64,000 bases of DNA from Eledone cirrhosa (Eukaryota): contig OZ024746.1 in assembly GCA_964016885.1 (NCBI GenBank), positions 3,286,001 through 3,350,000 of the forward strand, written 5' to 3'. Numbering within the stretch: the stretch's first letter is position 1; each line of letters opens with the position of its first letter. The translations under genes and the position numbers were made by a program. The notes below the pieces were generated by a model. It searched no databases. It saw nothing but the letters and a program-made list of their open reading frames with translations, and was not told where the DNA came from. Below are positions 55,916 to 64,000 of this stretch, piece by piece.

Positions 55916-56028
55916 ATATATATAATTATATATTATATATATATATATATGTATTATATATATATATAATTATATATTATATATATATGTATTATATATA
56001 TATATAATTATATATATATATATATAAT

Positions 56029-56109
<81 letters not shown>

Positions 56110-56527
56110 ATATATATATAATTATATATATATATATAATTATATATATATATATAATTATATATTATATATATATATATATATTATATATATTATATAT
56201 ATATATAATTATATATATATATATAATTATATATATATATATAATATATAATTATATATATATATATAATATATAATTATATATATATATATAATATATA
56301 ATTATATATATATAATATATAATTATATATATAATATAATTATATATATATAATATATAATTATATATATATATATAATATAATTATATATATATAATAT
56401 ATAATTATATATATATATATAATATATAATTATATATATATATATATAATATATAATTATATATATATATATAATTATATATATATATATATATATATAA
56501 TTATATATATATATAATTATATATATA

Positions 56528-56563
<36 letters not shown>

Positions 56564-56639
56564 TATATATATATATAATTATATATATATAATTATATAT
56601 ATATATATATATAATTATATATATATATATAATTATATA

Positions 56640-56680
<41 letters not shown>

Positions 56681-56765
56681 TATATATATATATATATATA
56701 TATAATTATATATATATATATATATAATATATAATTATATATATATAGTTATATATATATATATA
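55916..56765. repeat. (TA)n/(TAAT) low-complexity array
   Basis: Direct inspection. Confidence 0.95.
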
Positions 56766-58297
56766 GTAAGGTGTATTATTGGTTGTGCAAAACGGTCCAA
56801 TAAATTTATGTTAGCAATATTAAGTTCTCCACGCTTTTGTATATCTCCAATTCCATTCAAGGGAACAGCTAGATGATGTAAAACGGAGTATTAGTATCAA
56901 ACTGAAAATCCGAAGGCAAGGTAAAATTTCCAATCATTTTAATCACGACACGTTTCAATAAGATATATATATAATTATATATATATATATATATAAGAGA
57001 GAGTATGACCCCGACGGCAGAGCTCAAGCCGTTTCGACGGCTATTTCTGGACTAAAGTGTCCAGAAATAGCCGGCGAAACATACTCTCTCTTATTACCCA
57101 CTCTACTACCCTAAGTATTGAGTACTCTGGTGTGTTATGGTCCATCTGGTTCTTTAGCACGACTCCTCCGTTAATTATATATATAATTATACGAGATAAC
57201 AAGTTATCGTTATAGGCAATCCACTTAAAGGTAGTCCAGTTAGAGTACTGTGTGTTGTGGATGGTATTAACGTATGGCTTAGTTTGATGCAGCGAGTTCA
57301 CGTGATTTCGATGTAGGTTATACTTGGAGTAATAATAATTCAAGAGATAAGAGTAACATGGTTGTCTGTACAATAAGGGCTTTATTCACAGGGCTGACAA
57401 TTGTTTCTTTGATCTGGTAGGTCTAGAGTTCGCTAATCGCTAGATGTTGCATCAATCGATCTCCAATATTTTGTTTATAACCAGTTAATTCATCAGAGCG
57501 AGTGAATGTGAGGAAAATACGCAAGGCATGGCTTTTATAGAGGAGTGGTGTTAGACCAGAACAATAATATCAATAACAAAATAACTAGATACTGAATAGT
57601 TAAAATAATAACATCAATATAAGTAAGAAATAGAACATAATGATAAAACTAGCATGGTAACCGAACTGATATAATACAAATGTATGAAGTTGACATGTGA
57701 AAACTACTTGAGGTTACTTTATATGTAGTTTTTGAGGGATGAAGAGATAACTAATAAAATGAACTTAATCAGATTTTTGGAATTTACCCCTTTAAGAGAG
57801 ATCTAGATACAAGTGTGCTGTCTAAAAGCACGCTAGCAATAAACCGGAGATTGATTTATGGTTTGACAGATAAGTATTTTCGTTGTATCAATCAACTTAG
57901 TTAGATTGATAGGGTGAGTGTATAAAGATATATGGTTCTTAGGTAGTATTAAGTGAAATTGTAGATTCAGTATTTTATGGTTTAGGTGGCTTATTCTAAA
58001 TGTTGGGATTGTTAGTTCGAATCGTGGGGGTTTAGTTTTCACAACATCAATGACAAATAGGGTATAATTAAGACAATAAATCAACAATAAAATATGCATG
58101 GTAAATAGAGCACATGATAAATAAAATTAGGGATAGGGTACATTGAGATGATCATAATAGTAATAAGAAGAAAATAAGAGTTTCAAGGAGTGTAGGGGTA
58201 ATAAGATAATGTACTTAGAATTAAGTTCATCTGTTAGAGATCATGGGTGCTAGCTTGCTTTTAAACCCACAGCACACTTGTATCTAGATCTCTCATA
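56765..58297 (-). mobile_element. Cluster of Penelope-like element remnants
   Basis: Hammerhead at 57393-57499, hammerhead 3' half (GAAACGTGTC) at ~56945-56957, hairpin 56995-57092, ~45-bp inverted duplication (57798-57838 vs 58248-58292), decayed hydrophobic-start ORF. Confidence 0.55.
57393..57499 (-). ncRNA. Type I hammerhead ribozyme with long helix II insert
   Basis: Minus strand: GCT-CTGATGA-...CTGGT/ACCAG...-GAAAC-AATT-GTC-AGC. Helix III is the palindrome ACAATTGT. Helix I is only 3 bp. Confidence 0.6.
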
Positions 58298-58329
58298 ATG
58301 ATATATATATATATATATATATAATTACA

Positions 58330-58485
58330 TATCATCATCATCATTTTACGTCCGCTTTTCCCTGCTTGCAAGGGTGGGGCGGGTCTTATTCAGCACAGCA
58401 TCTCTCCACTCGTCATCTCCACCGTGAGCTTCAATGATCTGAGGTCTGTTCTCACCACCTCCGCCCATGTTTTTCGTGGTCTACC
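58330..58485 (-). mobile_element. RTE family C 3' fragment
   Basis: Matches 60918-61085. Confidence 0.9.
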
Positions 58486-58566
58486 ATATATATATATATA
58501 TATATATAATTATATATATATATATATATGTAATTATATATATATATGTAATTATATATATATATG

Positions 58567-58636
<70 letters not shown>

Positions 58637-58668
58637 TATATATTTATATATATATATATATATATATA

Positions 58669-58701
<33 letters not shown>

Positions 58702-58728
58702 AATTTTATATATATATATATATATATA

Positions 58729-58791
<63 letters not shown>

Positions 58792-59108
58792 GTAATTATA
58801 TATATATATATATAATTATATATATATAATTATATTAAGAGGGCTCGATAAGGATAAATATATATCAAATATATAAGAAGCGTAGAGCAAATATTTATTA
58901 AAATAACAGATTAACTTTGTTAGTTTCAGAAGATCTCGTTAAGGGTGAAAGCAGCGATTCTTTGCTTAAACTTTAATCTGTTATTTTAATAAATATATAT
59001 ATAATATATATATATATAATAATATATATATAAATATATATATATATATAATATATATATAAATATATATATATATATAATATATATATAAATATATATA
59101 TATATATA

Positions 59109-59139
<31 letters not shown>

Positions 59140-59292
59140 ATATATATATTAATATATATATATATAATATATATATTTATATATAATATATATATTTATA
59201 TATAAATATATATACATATATATAATATATACATATATATAATATATACATATATATAATATATATATAATATATATATCTATATATAATAT

Positions 59293-59606
59293 GGAGGCAC
59301 ATGGCTTAGTGGTTAGAGCATTAGCCTTGCAATCGAAAGGTTGTGAGTTCAATTCTCAGATTGAGCAAGAGACTTTATTTCACATTGCTCCAGTTTACTC
59401 AGCTGTAGATATGAGATGATAGGGAATGGGGTCTCTATCATTCCACTGTAAAGTGGTCGTGGAGGTGCCATGGCAAAAAAGCACCCAGCACTCATTGGTG
59501 TTAGGAAGGGCATCCAGCTGTAGAAATCAAGCCAGAATCAGTTCCCGTCCCACCCTTGCAAGCAGGGAAAAGCAGACGTAAAATGAAATGATGAAATGAT
59601 GATGAA
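59293..59606 (+). mobile_element. Second near full-length copy of the chimeric SINE
   Basis: Aligns with 55577-55915, with small deletions. Confidence 0.9.
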
Positions 59607-59913
59607 TATATATATATTGTATGTTAATATATATGTTAATATATATTAATATATGTTAATATATTAATATATATGTTAATATATTGTATATATTGTATAT
59701 TAATATATATATATATATATATATGATATATATATTGTATGTTAATATATTATATATATATAATATATATATTGTATATTAATATATATATATTGTATAT
59801 ATATATATATATATTGTATATATATATATATATAATATATATATTGTATATTAATATATATATTAATATATATATTGTATATTAATATATATATATATAT
59901 ATAATATATATAT

Positions 59914-60883
59914 AAACCCGCCATTGGCTTTGATGACAGCCTCAAGGTGGCCTCGGAACCTGGTACAGGTGTCCCCCCGACTTAGGCCCCTAAGGTCGAC
60001 GAAGTTCTCTGACAGCCAGGCTTGTGTCTTTCGGCTGGTATGGCAGGGCACTGTGTCTTGCTGACACACGTACGGCCTAGCTGGTCGATCCAGGGCTTTA
60101 CTACCTTGCTGAGAACGCGGATGTAGCCATCGGTGTTCAGCTTGAGGCCCTCAGGGAAGAAGTGAGGTGGCATGATGACACCTAGGACCAATGTTGTCGC
60201 TGGAAACTTTGCATGACTCTGGGCACGTCTTTGGATGAGACAGCGAGCCACCTGTTGTTCTGGGAGTTGATCTTCTGGACTTGGCAGAAGTTTTTCTCGT
60301 CGGAGAAAAACCACAGCATGTCTGGCTCCAGTGGGTGTTCCAACTTGTTGATCAGCTTCTTTGCGTGCTTCAGTCGCTTTTCTTGCATCGCCTTTGACAG
60401 AAATTGTCCTTTCCTCATCTTGTATCAAACGTAGCGAATGTCTTCATGTACCACCAGCCTAATGAGCTTTTCATCCACGCCTTTCTCCCTTGCAATGGCA
60501 CGCATCAACTTGCTAGGTTCATTGTTGATGATATCCTGAATTTCAGCGACGAACTCGGGGTTTCTGAAGGTGTCAGATCGTCGATCATGTGTTTTCCTCT
60601 CTGATGTTGCTTCGTTATCGAATCCTGAATCTTCCAATTACTTTCTGACCTTTTCCACCATTCTCCTGCTGACGCTGAGAAAGTCTGAAATTTTCTTATT
60701 TGTCCTCCTGGTGCAGATTCCAACAAATTTGGAGGTTCAAAATTATTCATAATCAATTATTCTGAAAATAAATAATGGAAATATAGTCACTGTTTTTATG
60801 AAGTCAAGAGCGACAACGGAAGTAAAAAAAAATTGCATAAAATTAACAGTTGAAAATTGCGAACAAATATCGTCCACACCCTG
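59914..60883 (-). mobile_element. Decayed Tc1/mariner transposon, DD37D/maT-like
   Basis: TA-CAGGGTG 5' terminus at 60883. Transposase pieces WFFSDEKNF, NSQNNRW, MPPHFFPEGLKLNTDGY, QQDxxPCHTSRKTQAWL. Frameshifted and 3'-deleted. Confidence 0.85.
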
Positions 60884-60917
60884 TATATATAATATATATA
60901 TATATATATTATATATA

Positions 60918-63215
60918 ATCATCATCATCATTTTACGTCTGCTCTTCCCTGCTTGCAAGGGTGGGACAGGTCTTATTCAGCACAGCATCTCTCCACTTGT
61001 CACGGCCCTTCGTCATCTCCACCGTGAGCTTCAGCGATCTGAGGTCTGTTCTCACCACCTCCGCCCATGTTTTTTGTGGTCTACCTCTACCACGTCTTCT
61101 TTCAACTGGCATTACCTGGCACTTCTTCACCCATCGGTCATCCTCCATGCGCATCATATGTCCATACCACCTGTCTCCTCTCTCGCACACTACATTCTAT
61201 CCCTCTCAGACACAGTTTCTCTCTCAACACATTCATGCTGGGTCGTTCACGCACATTTACACTGCACATCCAATGGAGCATGCTTGCCTCATTTCTCTCC
61301 AGCCGTCGCATATCCTCTGCAGTTGCTGCCCATGTCTTACTACCATGCAGCATCGTGCTCCTCACACAGGCATCATATAACCGGCCTTTCGTACGCAGGG
61401 AGAAACCCTTCTTCGTCAGCAGAGGAAGCAGCTCCCTAAACTTCTTCCAACCTGTCCTTATTCTAGATATTATGGCCTCAGAACACCCCCCTCCCATGCT
61501 AATCTGATCTCCTAGGTACCGGAAACTTTCAACCACTTCTATAGCACCCGCCTGCATTTGAAAAATGTGTCTATCAATGCGACTTCTACTTCTAATTTCC
61601 CTGTACATCTACTGCATACATATTTCTCCTTACCTGTTAGTTTGCCTGCTATCCCGCTACATCTCTTGTGTACCCAGCATCTGCATTGTGTGCATTTTAT
61701 AGAATTTATGCCAGTTCCTTTTCTGCATATCGAACATGGCCATTTCCCTGGCGGAATCAGAGTTTGTCCTCTTTTCTACTCATCAACACTTTAGTCTTAG
61801 CTAGGTTCACTCTCAGTCCTCTTGCTTCCAACTGCTGTTTCCATAGCCAGAATTTATTCTCTAGCTCCTCTACTGATTCTGCTATAAGAACCAGATCGTC
61901 AGCATAGAGAAGTTCCCATGGACAGCCAGTCTTAAACTCCTCTGTTATGGCTTGGAGGACTATAATGAACAAGAGCGGGCTGAGGACCGAACCCTGATGT
62001 ACTCCTACTTGTATCTGGAATTCCTCACTAAACTCCATTCCTACCCTGACTTTACTGAGAGTACCTCTGTACAAAGTTTGCACTGTCCTCACAAGCCATT
62101 CCTCAACACCTAGCTTCCTTAGGGACCACCAGATGACAGATCGGGGTACCCTATCAAAGGCCTTCTCTAGGTCAACAAAGGCTAAGTATAGTGGCTTATT
62201 TTTCTCTAAGAACCTCTCTTCTAATTGTCTCACCAAGAAGAGGGCATCTGTTGTACTCTTCCCAGGCACAAAACCAAACTGCATCTCATCTAGTTTGACC
62301 CTTTCTCTAATTAGTTGTGCTAATATCCTTTCTGCCACTTTCATAACCTGATCCATCAGTTTTATACCCCTATAATTGCTCCTCACCAGAGCATACCCAG
62401 TACCTTTGTAGCAATTTATGAGAATACTGCTGCACCAGTCTTTGGGTATGACACCACTATATATAGCCTGATTGATGATGCGTGCAACCAGTTTAGTGCC
62501 TACATCCCCTGATGCCTTCAGCATCTCAGCAACTATCCCTGATGGTCCAGCTGCCTTACCATTTCTCATTTCCTTAATCGCCTCTTGGACCTTATATTCG
62601 TCAATCTCAATAGCTGGTCCCTCTGTCGTATCTACTAAGGGTAATTTCTCTCTCTCCCAATCGTTCTCCACATTCATCAGTCTCTCATAATGACATTTCC
62701 AGGCCTCCTTTTTCTGATCATTCGTGACACTAAGTACACCGGCATCATTCCCGACACATTTATCTCCAACAACATCCTGATTTGCATTGACACACTGCCT
62801 TGCAATGTGGAACACCGCACGCCTCTGATCTTCCTGTCGCAGAACATTAGCAAACCTACTCTCAGCCTCCCTGTGTGCTAAGTACACCTGATGTATAGCT
62901 TCTCTCTTAGTGGCTGTATATCCTTCCATGCTAGTCTTTTGTCTCTGGCCTTATCTACTGTGCTTTCCACCACCAGGTTACTCTCTGTCTGGTTGGAGCT
63001 CTACTCCAGCCACAAGTTTCATCAGTAGCCTGCAGTAAGTTGTCACATAAGAAATTCCAGTTATTATATATGTCATACGTCTCTAAATTGTCTTCTTTTT
63101 CGTCATACACATCTTGAAGGGCTTTCCTAAATTTGTATTTTAGTGAAAGGTATTTTAGCTTCCAGACCTTTCTTCTCCACACCTTCCTGTATGTCTCATT
63201 CCATCTCTTGCTTAC
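60918..63215 (-). mobile_element. RTE-clade LINE family C, 5'-truncated, frameshifted
   Basis: KAAGPSGI, YRGIKL, QFGF, YADD, FRYLG, WYGHMMR motifs. Very short 3' UTR and (GAT)n tail. Confidence 0.95.
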
Positions 63216-64000
63216 TGAGATGATGATGATGATGATAGACATACACACACTGAAAAAAAATGTAAACAGCCACAATTGTTATACATCTATATCTATATTT
63301 TTTAATGCAGTGTTTATTAGTATTATCTCATAGTGTTGAGTTGATATTATTGTGCTTCTCTGCTTGTGTGGCCCCACCGTCACTTCAGATGACAAAACTT
63401 GTTTATATCACTGTCAATGTGGCCCCACCGTCACATCAGATGACAAAACTTATTGTTTCTTTTACATATATATTCTTTTTTAATGAAATATTGCATGTTT
63501 GTTTTTTTTTTCATCAGCAAAAAAATCAATTTGAGCCAACCTTATTGATTCTTCACCAAAAGGATTTCTGGTGTATCCAGATTTGTTTGTGTGTGTGTGT
63601 GACTTGAAAGTGATGAATAAACTTGTATGAGGTTTTGTTTTATTTTTTCAGCCCTTCTTCTGTGACCCAGGACAGGTTGTTTAGTGTGACCAGTGACTCA
63701 CTGAAGAGAAAATCTTATCATTACCCATTTGTAACATTCCCTCAGAAACAATACTTTATAAATAACAAAGTCTACCATTCAAATTTCTCCCTATAATATG
63801 TAAACACAGTTTTAGAAGACAAGTTGAAACCACTCACATCTCTTTCTTTACGTTTAACATTCATTTTATTATTTGGCTTTTGGTTTTTTTTTTCATAAAC
63901 AGAATACTTTAAATATATCATTGAGAATCCAGTTAGAAACTATTTTCATCGTAATTCTTACACAAACTAAAGCAAAAGTTGAAAGCTCTTTTTGATGGAG

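Noticed and set aside
63218-63236. (GAT)6 on the + strand at the 5' break of family C LINE as a 5' inversion
   Set aside because: No accompanying tail sequence; could simply be a pre-existing microsatellite.

Overview
AT-rich animal genomic DNA. The repeat landscape ((TA)n seas, RTE-clade LINEs with (GAT)n tails, tRNA/CORE-type SINEs) is most consistent with a coleoid cephalopod such as Octopus; this is inference. The + strand carries the last 11 coding exons (3207-50091, 1503 nt = 500 aa + stop, all GT-AG with consistent phases) of a p190-type RhoGAP gene. The introns and 3' flank hold three RTE LINE families, R4/Dong-like RLE LINE remnants, several SINEs, a DD37D/maT-like Tc1/mariner remnant, MITEs, minisatellites and a 200-N gap. 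Four features stand out. (1) Penelope-like fold-back elements and fragments carry minimal type I hammerhead ribozymes, including a ~1 kb palindrome with an intact hammerhead core in each arm. (2) The 3' UTR of two RTE families contains a tandem array of covarying H-type pseudoknots, and the same module forms the body of a chimeric SINE whose tail comes from a third RTE family. (3) A C4HC3 PHD finger is inserted inside the RT of all three RTE families. (4) The RTE/SINE insertions show strong (TA)n association. All calls were made by eye, with no database searches.
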